Part shown: in pieces, positions 22,831 through 35,642 of the stretch
How the letters are laid out: each line of letters begins with the position of its first letter
How positions within the stretch are numbered: the first letter of the stretch is position 1
NCBI GenBank assembly: GCA_977862235.1
Contig: OZ374565.1
Span: 1,674,001 to 1,738,000, forward strand
Origin: Dudresnaya verticillata
Taxonomy: Eukaryota
Direction: 5' to 3'
DNA: 64,000 nt
Notes under the pieces: generated by a model
Seen by the model: only the letters and a program-made list of their open reading frames with translations
Database searches by the model: none
Told to the model about the DNA's origin: nothing
Made by a program: the position numbers and the translations under genes

Positions 22831-23709
22831 TCGATGACATGGGGAACAAACAGCTTGCTCACGTCGGCACAGTGTGGCAGACAGCGAAGCACTGTTCATT
22901 CGTTTCGTTTGGAAAGGGTGGATACCGGACCTGAGGGTGGACAACGGTGCCCAGCGCCTAGTCCGGATCGCTGCGCACGACTGGGCTCCGAACTCGCGCT
23001 CATGTCGAGGTTTTGGCGGCAGCTAAGTGGCCTGACAGTAAGAGCGTGAACGAAGAAGGATGCAGAGCTCGGCACGAAGGAGCCGCTAGTCGGTACAGGA
23101 CCTGGAGAGTCAAAAGTTCTCTATACCAGGCTGCACAATATTTACAACCGAGAAGACGAATATGGGAGAGCAGCTAACTCCGTAGACGGGAACAGTAAGC
23201 AAGGTAGCAAAGCTGTCTTCCAGGCCGTCTATCCTGAAGCGCATAACAAGGACCGAAAACGCGAAAGTCTTTACATGCAATAGGTAGAAACGTTGGTGTT
23301 GCAACTGCTATGCACAAAATGCGTTTTGCAACCGTTTGAGTACTCTCATCGCCATTGCAACTCTTCGCGTTGCCCCCCAGTCAAACCAAAATTATGGTCA
23401 CTGAATATTAGAGTAAAAGCTGGGGGCAAAATGCTCAGCATGCATGAAACACTAGAAGCGAACATTTTAGGTACGGTGTTATCGTAGAACGAACACAACG
23501 TCATTACCAGCATCGTTGAAGACGCAACAAAGTTCATAAAAAAAGAGAAACTATACTTGCAAGATATCAAGATGGACTGCCACGAGCTGGAATTCGGGCG
23601 GATACTCGGAACATCTGAGAGACCGAGAGTGATGTTGTACTTTATTGAATCTTTAACGTGCGCGGTTGCGCGGGCGACTAGGGCCCATTTGCAGGCAAAC
23701 GCCCTACCA

Positions 23710-23911
23710 ACCAGCTATCTACTGTATGGTACACTAGAGGGCTTACACCCGTAATCTGGAGGCAGTCCAGCCGGCTCCATGAGAAGAATGGGCAAACAAC
23801 CCCGGTGGGGAAAAATCCTTGAGAAAAATGTAGAGCCATGGGACCTGGCGGGAGTCGAACTCGGTTTCCCGGAATCAACGGCGCAGCGGTGAACCACTGC
23901 ACTACCCGTCC
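23710..23911 (-). mobile_element. tRNA-derived SINE-like sequence
   Basis: A box TAGTGCAGTGG (23894-23904), B box GAGTTCGACTCC (23851-23862), tRNA-sized head 23839-23911 with imperfect acceptor stem; 3' boundary approximate. Confidence 0.55.
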
Positions 23912-23966
23912 GCCTCCGCGGGCGGGTTAGTAGTACCAAAACCACACATGCCTTTCAACTAGACCA

Positions 23967-24289
23967 CATCGTGAGCTGCATTGGACCGACGAGTAGTTCT
24001 GCAATGCTGCGGCTGCCTGTACTGGGTGATGAGGGGCCCATGGAAGTAGCCTAGGTTACCTCAAAATCCGAATTAAAAAATCTCAGAAATTACACCAAAA
24101 TTAATTATTTCAGACCCCGCTGCCGGGTTAGCACGCCAACCAACATAACGCGCGTACTACTACTTAGTTCTCTACTCCTTTTGCACCAGCACGCTCAGGG
24201 GACGCTCCCCTTTCCAACGCATATACTTTGGAAGCGTTTTATTTCAGTCTGTTTTCAAAGTACATTCTGTAACGCAGGAAACCATTGTT
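23967..24289 (-). repeat. Right TIR
   Basis: Reverse complement AACAATGGTTTCCTGCGTTACAGAATGTACTTT… matches 8952-9275. Confidence 0.9.
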
Positions 24290-25755
24290 AGGACCCGGAG
24301 TCCTCATCCAATGGGACTCATAGTCCACCATAGCCTCCTCGACCCAGCCGGCGAGGCTATTAACAGTAAGATTCCGTAGCTCCCAATGCACTGCGAGGCG
24401 GATAGCCAAACCACGTTTGTTGAAGACGCCACACAAAACGTGATTGGCCTTACCATGGCCAGTTGCCGCGGGCGCGTACGGACCCTGAGATTGACCATCG
24501 ACAGTATAGTCGAATGACGGAACGTCTCCTGGAGTCTCCGGACGGGGGTCTTGCCAACTGGCACTGACCCACCCTTGAGTAACACCGGTGATACGGTTCC
24601 CCTCGTCCAAGACCAGGGGTCTCTCCTCTGTCGGCCCTGGCTGAATAAAGAAGTCCGGCAACACCGGATGTCAATCATCGGGATCAAATTCCATCCAATC
24701 CCCCTGTCATACACAGGATTGAAAGGACCGTTGTTCTCGGGGAGGTGGCGGTTCCTCTTGGAGATGCGGCTCCATCTGATACGGTCTATGAAGACCAACA
24801 AGGCTTCTTCGGCATTAGCCGACAATTTCGCAATACCCATCTCCTTGATGGCCGTAAGAATCGGCTGGTTAATGAAGAATAACAGACCATGTTGAGCCTC
24901 ATAGACGTGAGTCTGAGCGACTAAGACGATCCACTCGTCTCGAAAAAGACTCCAAAGGACACTCTCATCCATGGCTCGCGCTATCATGTTCAACCCGAAG
25001 TAAGCCACAATAGTGGGAGTTCCCCCGGGAATAGAGTAGGACAATTCGTACGACGCATGGTCGTCAGGGATCTGAGGGTACTTCGCCCTATAATATTCTG
25101 GTTTGATGGAAACCACTTCTTGACAGTGACACGGGATGAGACACCCCGTCTTGTGGCGCTGACGCCGCTCGAAAATCGAATACGCTAACGGCTTGGCCGT
25201 TTGAGGATTGTCAAGTGCGTACTTGAGATTCGTGGGCTCATCCCAGCGAATGATGTGGGCTAACGTATACGGGCAATTATCCCGGCCCTTCCGAATCAGC
25301 GGACGAGAGTGGTTGACCATACGCAAGTCCCACCCTCCACGAGAGTGGATTTCACACAACATCTCTAGTTGATAGTTCAGCTTTTCTGCCACGCTGTTCG
25401 TGAAGAACACCTCATGCCTGAATCGCACATATGCGAGGTCCAACAGATAGCATGAAGCCTCTCCCTGAAGGACGGGAACGAAACCGTTTGTGCCGGTCAG
25501 CATCTCAACCCGCGCACGGCTCACGCTGTTACACATACGACTTTGCGCCACGCGTACACCGCGTCGTTGGATATCTTTCCGACCAGCCCCAGCACGGGCT
25601 TTGATGTGCGCCAGGTTGGTACGCACCAACCAGTCGCGACTGTGCTTGATGGCAACCGGCACGCCCGAAGAGTCCACTTCGTGGCCGGGGACGCTCGCGC
25701 TAGATCCAGCCTCCCCATACGCAAAGCCGGAGTTATTCATCACAGGGATGAGCAC
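24290..25755 (-). pseudogene. 5' part of Gypsy-1 antisense extra ORF
   Basis: 483-aa ORF frameshifting near 24660 into the 24239-24664 frame; lies between pol and the 3' LTR on the opposite strand. Confidence 0.7.
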
Positions 25756-26507
25756 ACAACAACGTCGCGAGACGTGGCACGTTTCCTGGATCGAGAGTGG
25801 GGTATGCCCACAGGTATTCTTCTAAGGCACGATTGCCTTGTCTTCAATATACGCGTCGGCTCCAGAACCGAACCCTAAGGTGGGGAGCGCGATCTGAAAT
25901 GTCTCCTAAGGCACGGAGGCCTTCCTTGAGATACGTCGGCTCCAAACCCGATCGTCAGAAAGGCAAGCGCGACCTGAATCGCTCGAGCGATGCTTCAGGG
26001 CGCAAGACGCCAGTCGTCTGGGGACGCAAACGTGCTGTGTCACGCGACGAAGGTGAAACGCGCCCGCGCACTGAATGGAACGGCAGGGAGAAGCGCCAAA
26101 CACGACGGGAGTCGCTGCGGCGTGGCGAGGTTGAAGGGGCGTTGGAGGGGCGATGACGGAAGAGGGCAGGCTATCAGGTGTGTGGAGGTTGCGGTCGAGT
26201 CGGTGGATGAACGAGGGAGCGGAAGGGCACAGTCGGCTCTGCGCCGAGGTTGAAATAGACGCCCGCCCCGTCTGGCGTGTCGAGTTGTCGATACCAGTCG
26301 TGGTGCCAAAGGCGAGCCACCGGCGACGGCTCACGCTGGGCTGATCTGGCGCATGCGCCGACGACCGTTGGCGGATGCTTCTAGAAATTCGGAAAACCGC
26401 GCTTGGCTGGGCCAATCTTTTCGGCGAGATTTCATATCTCAACGGTCGGAACCGTTGGAAACAGCATTCTGTACTGAGCGGGGTCGCTCAGTTTAAGAAG
26501 GGGGCCG

Positions 26508-27129
26508 TGTGGAATAATGAGCACCCGAGCGCTGTAAGCCCACACGTGTACACAAGACGCCTGTAAGGTGTGAGGTGCCCGAGGGTGCGATGGTTGAGAT
26601 GGCTGATTCCCATTGGTCGATTAATCATTGTCACCCATATTTTTGGCATGGAGCGCCAAACAGCAGCGCGCCTTATCTCGTAGTGGTACTATAACTCATT
26701 CCTATCATTGGATTGTAATCCACCTTTAGTGTGTAGTATTAGGTAACTGTCAGTATTATAACTCTAACTTAGAGTGGGTAGCATTTCCGGCTTCCCGCCG
26801 TATTTATTGGGCCCCTGAGTAGCAGGGGCCCCGCATTAAACCGCCAGCGGTGTGTGCTTTGGGCTGTACCCATTTTCTGGTCTTCCTACGGTGCCACCGT
26901 TGTTCCCTTGTCTTGGGCATCTACAAGCCCTATCGTGTACGAAAATTGCTCTACGCTGTAGGGTCGCCTTCCCTTCTATTTGTTTCTGGGTATCACACCC
27001 ACTACAAGTCTCTACCACACCCCTTTTCCCCTTTTCCTTTGAGCTACCGCCCACCGTGAGTGTATGTACCCAGGACAGTTTTCGCGCCGTTTTGTCGCCG
27101 TCTACCTGGCCGAGGGCCATTCTACTACA
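26508..27129 (+). repeat. Gypsy-1 3' LTR
   Basis: TG…CA ends (TGTGGAAT…ATTCTACTACA); PPT AAGAAGGGGG at 26495-26504; colinear similarity to 55632-56298. Confidence 0.85.
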
Positions 27130-27332
27130 TATGCTTTCACCTGACACAGTTATAGACGTTCCTGGTTTCCCGAAGACGGGTCGTACTATCGAGGGGAGCT
27201 CTCTAACACAGTGAAGGGCTTGCAAAAGTGGGCCCTCTGCCCACGTGTATGCGCTGAAATAGCGTTACCTATGGGACACTGGAAGGGACAAGACTGGTAG
27301 TCTTCGCTTGGACCAAGTGTTACCCTGTAGGT

Positions 27333-28019
27333 TGTAGTGTAGTAAAAGACACACCTGTAAGGAGAGCTGATCAGGCAATCCCAATAAGGAGTGATCTCAT
27401 ACAGCACCGGGGTAGTAGAGCTTAGTTCGTAGACCGAAGGGAGCACCTCGAGCGGCAACACCTGTAAGGAGTCAAGGAACGCAAAAGACAAGGGGGACGG
27501 TACAGTGCCAGGGCAGCTACACCAGGACGGAGGTAAGAGGAATCCGTGTACGGGGCTGGCGAGGGGAAACCGTAAAGGAGTATGAGGGTAAGGCTTAGGG
27601 TAAGTCACTTTGCCCAGGGTTGCGTACCCGTTTACCTGTAGGACTCGCGGTGGCCACCCATTAATATACTGGGAGATACACCCCGCGGTCCTGTCCGTGT
27701 GGGCCAGACCCCAATGGGTCTGGTCCACCAGGTGGGTCCGGCCCTACTCGTCCCGGTCACCATTGCGGACATGCTCAGTATCCTCATTGGCCGACTGACA
27801 CTACGTCCTGTACAGCATCATTACAATTACCTAATTACAAATAAATCAACTACTTGGCTCCTATTGGTGGTACGCGCAGACTCCAGCAGGGCATAGAGTG
27901 CTACTGTGTCGCTGCACTCCCGCTTCAGCTTTTGGCGCGCGCTTAGCAGAGCGCGGGCTGTCGACGGTCAGGCGTCGGCTCGCCCGCCGTCGGCACTCCG
28001 AAACGGCCACTTCACCACA
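27333..28019 (-). repeat. Gypsy-2 3' LTR
   Basis: Highly similar to 38352-38912 plus 44145-44268; TG…CA ends. Confidence 0.95.
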
Positions 28020-28647
28020 GACCCCCTCCTTAAATGGCGACACGTCCTCGTGCGCCACAGCACGTCTTCTAAAAATCCACTCAGGTGTATCCAGCAACGG
28101 ACCGAACATCGTCAGTGTACTGCACCTCAGGCAAGTCGACAAACGTGCAAGTCCAACCCGGTGTGCCACTAGCGATGGCGGGCGGTAACACTGGCCGCGC
28201 ACGGGGCTCCTTCGAACCGACACGGCGTACACCTTCGGTGAGGGCGGCTCCTGCGCCGGAGGAAGAAGAGAGAGAAGGCGGCGGGCCCGCGGACACCATA
28301 GTGGGGGTTGTGGCGGCAACGGGCGCAACGCCGACGCTATCAGCACGTGCGGGTAGCCCGCGGGTGCCGCGACGGCGCGATGGTGGCGAGGCTCCACAGA
28401 CGCCCACTCCGCTTCCGGATCGGCAAATGGGGTCGGGAGCACAACAGCCCGGTCTTTCGAAAGGCAACACCGCAATGGGGTCCCTTGGCTATCGTCGAGC
28501 AACTCCGCATGGGCGATACGAGGCGTATGCGCGGGGTCTCCAGGTTGGATAGGTTGGAAGTGGAGTAACCTCAATCGCACTCCACATAGGTGTAGGCGGC
28601 ATACCCACGGGCATGTGTAATCGACGGGTTACACCGATGAGGGAACT

Positions 28648-30884
28648 TTGCCGGGCCGGGAATACGATCATCGCACCGATCGGCGTCAGCGTACCGAAGA
28701 GGAGCGCGATATGGTTCGTCTCCCCACGCCCGTATCGGTGTTCGTTTCCAACTATGGTGGCGCCCTCGAGGGACGTCGCTATAGCGCCGTCTCAGACTCC
28801 AGTGGGTTAATCAATAACAAGTGGTTCCCGAATCGGCGTGAGGAGATGTGGAGAGCCAGGTGGATTCACTCAAATTGTAGAGTGCGAACTCCAACCGGTT
28901 GTGACATGGTATGGTTGAGGTTTCAGGAAGAAGAGGGCTATCCCAACAAGATGTGTCGGTTTCTGGCGATGGCCCACCGACTGCGAGACCATCCGGTTGG
29001 TTTCGACTTCCTGTGCTCCGAGAAGCCGTACGACCAAGGCGTCCACTGGTTTGGAAATCCGCAACGGTGGGCTGACGACGTAGCGAAAGAGCATCGGGTC
29101 CGGTTGCGGGGTAGAGATGGGCGCCCCCTCGGAAGGGCGATACTCCATACCTGAAACACGAACGAGTCTTTCCAGGTGCCGCCGGGTGCGCATCGTCGAA
29201 TGTACTGCACCGCTCCGGATTGGTGGGCTGAGTACGAAGTCACACGTTGGCTGTCAGTGCCAACTCCGACGGCGGTGGCGTACTTCTCCAATCGGTTTAT
29301 CCAGCATCGCGACTGGCAACCTACACACCCAGGCGGAGAGAAGTCAGTTTACCATCCGCTGGTGACTGTGTTGGGTCGGATACTCCGAGCGGAATAGGCA
29401 ATGTTTGTCCTTTCCTCTTGGTTACAGGTCACCTACCGGGGCGTGAGAGCCAATACCAAGATGACCGACTGGAGGGCATACCCGTGGAACAGAACGGGTC
29501 CGGAAGGTGGCGAGTGCGGGCGCATATTCAAACTACCCGGAATGGTGGTTGCCCTTATACACCAAGTTGGAGTAGCCCGGTTGATTTAGGGGACCGAATA
29601 CCCCTTGGCGTGTGTTGAGCGTTTCTTCACGGTTCACGCAAACACCAACTGGGAGCGAACCCCAGGGTTCATCGGCTACCATTGGGATGAAGACCGCGTG
29701 TTGTCAGTGCCACCACTCAACCCCGGATGCGGTATGGCCTATTTTCTATCGGAAGAAGACCCCGAGCCGGTGTGGTTGATCGACGAGCAAATGTCAAGCT
29801 GGCACGCGATGCGCTCCAGTTCGAGATTCTATCCCATGAAGGAGGGGCCATCAAGGGTTCCGCCGTCACGCGGGTGGGGCACGCCATCCGGTGTACATCC
29901 TCAACAGGGGCGCCTTTTCAGTCCGTCTGCCGACGAAATTACACCAGTGGGGGTTAACGAGGTCAAAGGGGTGCGTAAGGACCCTAAGGTCCTCGTGCTA
30001 AGAGAATCCCCTGGTGTAGAAGCCGTCAAGTCGTGGCGCGACCGCACGACCTCGTCACCCAAGAAGACCATAACGGAGTCTCCTCCTGGAGGAGCTGATA
30101 TCGAGAAGCAGGGAGATTTGTCGGGGGTGGCCGCAACGACCACACCAATCGGGGCCCTGAAACCCGTAGTCTCACCGGGTACCAGCGACAACACCAAGTT
30201 GGAGAAAGCGGCAGATGCAGTGGCGGTAGTTGGCCCGAAGCCCACGTTAGTAGCTGCGGCAGCGGCTAAGTTGGGTCCCATCGGGGAACAAGAAGACTCC
30301 GAAATGAGAGGACACTACACCGGTGGAAACCGACCAGGTGGAGTCATTGGCGACCACACGCCCCGGAATCGCAGACTACTGTACCGAAGCGGAGCGAAGT
30401 TTCCAAGCCGGTGTCGCCCGCGTCGAGTGACGCCGTGATGTTCGTAGCCGCTGCGGGTCCAGATGGAGGACCACCACGTCATATCGACGCCGTAACGGTG
30501 AAGCAAGAAGAGGATACTGCGAAGGAGATGGTGCGTTGGACCGAAGCGGATTTGCGCGTCAATGGGGCTGCCCTGCAGCGACTCCGCGACAAGTGTAAAG
30601 ATGCGGGTAGGCCTCTTCCGACGTCGGCGAACGAGGCCATCAACGCCGCAGTGCTGTGGGTCGGGCGTCTGGTGCGCCTGCGACGGACCATTCGCGCTTT
30701 GCGTCGTCGCATAACAGACACCGGTAGGAGACTCACAATTATCACCGCAAGGGTGTATGGTGAGGACATTCCCGACTCGGAGGATAACGCGGCCAAAGAG
30801 GAGGATACGGAGGCTGACTTGGCGCCACCATCCAAGCGCCCGCGGAATGCAGTGTATTGGCGTAGTGATGCCACTTTTCAATAA
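28648..30884 (+). pseudogene. Gypsy-2 antisense extra ORF (fragmented)
   Basis: Successive W-rich ORFs 28648, 29176, 29401, 29605, then low-complexity and coiled-coil 30411-30884; antisense to pol, before the 3' LTR. Confidence 0.65.
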
Positions 30885-31249
30885 AATATCGTGATTTGTG
30901 TGAGCCCCCTTCCACTGGCGGAAGGGAAGTGGAACAACACCACTGTGGAGTGAGCCCCGAAGAGGCGGGGGTAACTCTACACCATACAAGGCTTTGCGTC
31001 CGATTGGCAATCACCTAATACCAGAAGTGGTTGCGCGCTTGTCAGCGATTCACCAATATGGAGTAGAGCCCCTTGCGAAAGGGTTCTGTGATTACAGAGT
31101 CCGCAGATCATGCCCGTTTTTGCCAACGCCAAGTCACCAAGAGGGAGTACAGTCCCTTGGACAAGGGCTCCACGACAATGTAGGCCACAGGTCATGCCCG
31201 ATTTTGCCAAAACCAGTAACGCTTGTGCGAGTAGCAAATGGCTATCGAC

Positions 31250-34200
31250 GGGTGGAAGCTCGGCGACGTCGGGCACAGCGGCTGCCGCGCGCTTTCTATT
31301 CCAATAGCGGTGTATGACGTTTTGCGGCAACTCCTCAGCGCGTTCATACGTGTCCTGGTCTTGTGGGTAGCCGTATCAACGCACCTTGTAGGTCATGCCC
31401 GTGGGTTCTTCGCGGTCTCCCACGATCTGCTCGATGACATACTCCGTGTCGGCATCAATTGTCTTCGGAACGGGGGCAGGAATACCGCCTGGTGTTTGGG
31501 ACGTTACAGTAATACTACGTGGTGTTTGGGGTACTACTGTGGTGCCTCCCGTCTGCTGGAGCACTGCACCGTCTACGTCGGTGTGTAGCGTAACTGGCGG
31601 GGCCAATAGCGGTGCAGGCTGTACGGCAACTCCAATTGGTACCTTAGTGATACGATCGATGATAATGGGAATCAGGACGCCGTCCTTCTTGATAGTGACT
31701 ACAGTGTCCATTGCGGTGTGAACCTCGTAGGGGCCCGTTGATCTTGGGAGGAGCTTCTTCATTTGCTCCGCAAATTCACCGACGTGGTCAGGGCCTTGAC
31801 CCAATCGGTCGCGTTATTTCCGTTCGGTGGATCGTAGATTACGCGGCGGGTGATCTAAGTAGACTTGATCGCCACCGCGAACCACCGGTCGGAAACGCAC
31901 CTTACGGTCGAAGAGGGCCTTAGACTTCACCTGGGCTGTAGTCTGCTTGGTCTGCGCCTTCTGTAGGGCATAGCGCAAACGCCGCATGGTTCCCCGCTTT
32001 TGGAGCACGGGCGTCATACGCCCCTCCGTAACGGTTTCTCCCAACTCCACAGGGATGGCACGAACAATAATATCCGATGGGTGTCGAGTTAGCACCAAGT
32101 CAAAGGGAGTTGTATCCGTAACCCGGTGTACCTGCATATTGTAAGAGTAGGTCAACGGCTGTAGGTATAAATCCCAATCGGTGTGGTGATCCTCGACGTA
32201 GTGTCGAAGGCGCTGCGCGATGGTTTTTTTAAACCGCTCGGCTTGCCCGTTGGTTTGCGGGTGGTAGGCAGCGGTCAGCAAATGCCGCACTCCGAGTAGG
32301 GCACAGAAAGAGTCCAGGAAGGTCGCCGTGAACTGTCTTCCATTGTTAGTGAGTACAAATTTAGGTGTGCCATACGCATACACCCAATGGTCCAAAAATG
32401 CATTCGCCACTACGACGGCTGTAATCGTCCGTAACGGGGTGCACCGTGTTAGTTTAGAAAACGGATCGGTGATGACCAGCACATAGACATATCCGCGTTT
32501 GGTTTTCGGCAGCGGGCCCAGTATATCCGTAGCGACAAACTCCAGTGGGCCAGTCGCGGGAAATAGCTTCATGAACGTCTGACTCTTAAACCGCGTGCCC
32601 TTGGTTTTGACACATGAGCGGTAACTCCGAACGGTCTCGAATACATCGTTAGCCATATATGTCCAATAGTAGTCTCTACGTAAGTTTTAGTACATCTTAA
32701 TTCCACCAGGGTGTCCCGACATGAGGGTGTAGTGGGAACGATACAGGACTCTGCCACGCATCTGTTGCGGTACCACCTTTTGGAGTGCACCGTCGAGAGC
32801 AGACTTGCGAACAAGAAACCCCTGTCGGTCGTAGTCTAATTTTGATCCAGGGGCTCCCACCGATTCGGCTTTAAGCTTGCAGAAAGTATCCGTTGCTTGC
32901 GCGGCTATGAACGCCTCACGGGTAAGGGTCTCATTTCACATATCCTCTTGTTGGATGACCGTTTGCCGGAGTGGAGTGGGTGGTACTGTATGATTTTCAG
33001 GAGTAGTATCCGTTTCGGTGTCTCCACTTTCAATGCCTAGAACAGGGCTGCTCGAGGCATCAGGCTGCTGGGACTGTTTCCAATTGGTTAGTTACACACC
33101 ATGCCTCACTACACCATTAGGAGTTGATTCCATAACGAAACAAGGCACTTCCGCATCCAACTCAGCTTTGTCAGCACCACCTGTTCGGAGTCTTGACATA
33201 CCGTCTGCGAGTTCGGGCTTGACACCAGGGCGGTATTGTACTTCGAACTCAAATTCCGATGAGAGTAGGTGCCATCTTGCTAAGCGTCCAGATGCATCGG
33301 CTAAACTCAATATCCAGCGCAATGCATCGTGATCCGTACGGAGTATAAAATTTTCACCGTAAAGGTAAGGGCCTAGCGTTAGCATACTCCAAACGACAGC
33401 AAGGCACTCCTTTTCAGTGGTTGTGTAATTCTTCTCCGCATCGGTTAGGCTTCGGCTCCAGTAACCCACTCGTAGATTATCTCCACTAGATTGCTGCTGG
33501 AGAAGGATACACCCAACTTGGTAATCACAAGCGTCGGTATTCAACGTATAATTGAAACCATGACGGGGTAAAGCCAATATTGGAGGGTAGATTAGGTGTC
33601 TATTAAACTCCTCAAAGGCGTTAAATTTTTTTCGGTGAGAGTTCCAAACTCGAATACCAGACCCTTGCCGGTTTTCTTATTGAGTGGCGAAAGAATACGT
33701 GCAAAATTGGGACCGAAGCGTTGATAGACGTTACATAATCCTAGGAAAGAGCGCAACTCCGTTTGGTTTGTAGGTGGCTTAGCCTCCTTGACGGCGAGAA
33801 TATTCTTTCGCCCCGCTTCCAGTTGACCTGGGCGCACTATGTGGCCTAGATACTGTACGGAAGTGTTGAAGAAGGCACACTTCGATAATTTCAGAGTTGC
33901 ACCTGCGGAACGGAGTAGCGTAAGACCTCCTTAAGGTGTTCGAAGTGCTCCGTAACGGTGTTTGAATATACAATCACATCATCTAGGTAGACTAAGGCAA
34001 TTTCAAAGCCATTTCACCGTAGATAGGATGATTTCAACCGCCCGTTGGAAAGTAGCGGGTGCGTTTTTGAGCCCAAAAGGCATTCTCCGGAAGCGGTATA
34101 ATCCATAATGACTGGTGAAGGTGGTTTTGTCACGCTCCTCCTCGGGGATCTCTACTTGCCAGTAGCCGTTATTACAATCCAGAGTGGTGAATACTGTAGC

Positions 34201-35642
34201 CTCTCCAAGGGAGTCGATACATTCATCCATACGGGCTAAAGGGTATGAATCCCGAATGGTGACAGTGTTAAGACGCCCGTAATCAACACAAAACCGCATG
34301 AAGCCGTCCTTTTTAGGAACGAAGACCACAGGGCTGCCCCACTCCGAAGCGGATGGCTCGATCACCTTAGCGGACAACATACGATCTACTTCTGCCTTCT
34401 CCAGCTCGCGCTGTTTATGTCCTGTCCGATATGGTGCTTGATATACCGTTTGGCACCAGGCATTGATTCAACACTGTGTTTCGCGGTAGTTATATTTCCT
34501 AACTCGCCGTTCCACATGGTACGGAACTCCTCAAGGAGTGTAACCACTTTAGCGCGGAGTTTTTCATCCTTGGAAACAATATGGATGTTATCTTTCCAGT
34601 CGGTGTCAGGAGTTGTAGTTGATTCCGATACGGTGTTTTCTTTGAATCAATCTTGGGGTGTAGCCGTGCTGCTCTCAGTAGGAGGAGTAGGAAAGAAATT
34701 AACATGTCCTCCCCCTCCTTAAATGGGGTTAAACCGTTAACGGTGAGTATGGCAGAGGGAGCAGCAGTAGCGATGCCGGCGACGGTAGACTTGGGTAACC
34801 CCACCAGTTTGGGGGAAACATTGGTCAGCCACACTTTAAAGGGTTTGTAGGGATTATATCCATAGCCCTGTTAGCCATAAGGGTGTGGTGCTTATGGATG
34901 GGTTTGTGATGGTTTTGAAGAAAACACAAACCACCGGTAGGAGTGGTGACCAATGCAAGGGATTGGGTCATAGTGGGAATAATAAGGGATTTTGCTAGGC
35001 GGAGCTTTTGCGATACCAAAGCGGATGACACAGGGGGCCCTGAAGAGTAGAAGCAGCCACCGTTTTGAAGTGTCGGGTTTGTCCCATCAACGAAACCGGG
35101 GAGTGGTGATGAAAAACAACTTTCCGTGCCGGTGGGAGGATCGCCTTGACATGGCGGTCAATAAAACTGGTTCCCAGAATACATGGAGCAGCGAGGTTCG
35201 CGACCACCAGGAAGTAGACTCGAGTACGCGATTCTTCGATACGGACGAAAAGTTGAATGACACCAAGCGGGCGTATCGACCTATTGGACGCATCCCGTAA
35301 AGGTGGACTGGCAGCTGGGCGAATCAAAGACAACCAGTGGCGTGGAAGCTGTCTGGAGTTGATGCGATTTGGCTCAGCACCAGAATCCAATACGGTGATG
35401 AGAGGTAACATGAGGTCATTACTCCTTCCCACCACGGTAATCTGGATTTTATAATTCTGTCGTTGTAGAACACAGACAGAATCACCGGGTGCTGGAAATT
35501 CAAAGGGGATTTCTGGAACAAAATCAGGGGGGTACTCCGTAATGGTGGCGGACTGACAGTCCGGAAAAGCCCGTATTGGTGGGCGTACCACGTCGCATTG
35601 AGGAGATGGGGACGCCCTTACACGTCTCCTGCGACGTTTTCC
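31250..35642 (-). pseudogene. Gypsy-2 pol: protease, RT, RNase H, integrase, chromodomain
   Basis: LDSGAEPN; SPVVFVPKKDG and YLDD; TDACD…EKECLAVVW; HPQTNGQAERF; EYVIEQIVG…YKVR*YGY…DTYE. Confidence 0.95.

Larger units (their letters stand above)
8952..24289. mobile_element. ~15.3-kb TIR DNA transposon (Sola-like transposase, ParB-MTase cargo)
   Basis: ~320-bp inverted repeats at both ends; AGGA at 8948-8951 and 24290-24293; empty site restores host frame …WMRTPG-P-VERLEKL…; internal DDD transposase. Confidence 0.82.
2683..27129 (+). mobile_element. Gypsy-1: 5'-truncated chromodomain Ty3/Gypsy element expanded by nested insertions
   Basis: pol closely matches Gypsy-3 pol (60757 onward); 3' LTR 26508-27129 matches the Gypsy-3 LTR and is preceded by a PPT; contains solo LTR 7713-8652 and DNA transposon 8952-24289. 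Confidence 0.8.

Noticed and set aside
23839..23911. Genuine tRNA gene (also 49655-49729)
   Set aside because: Acceptor and anticodon stems do not pair convincingly
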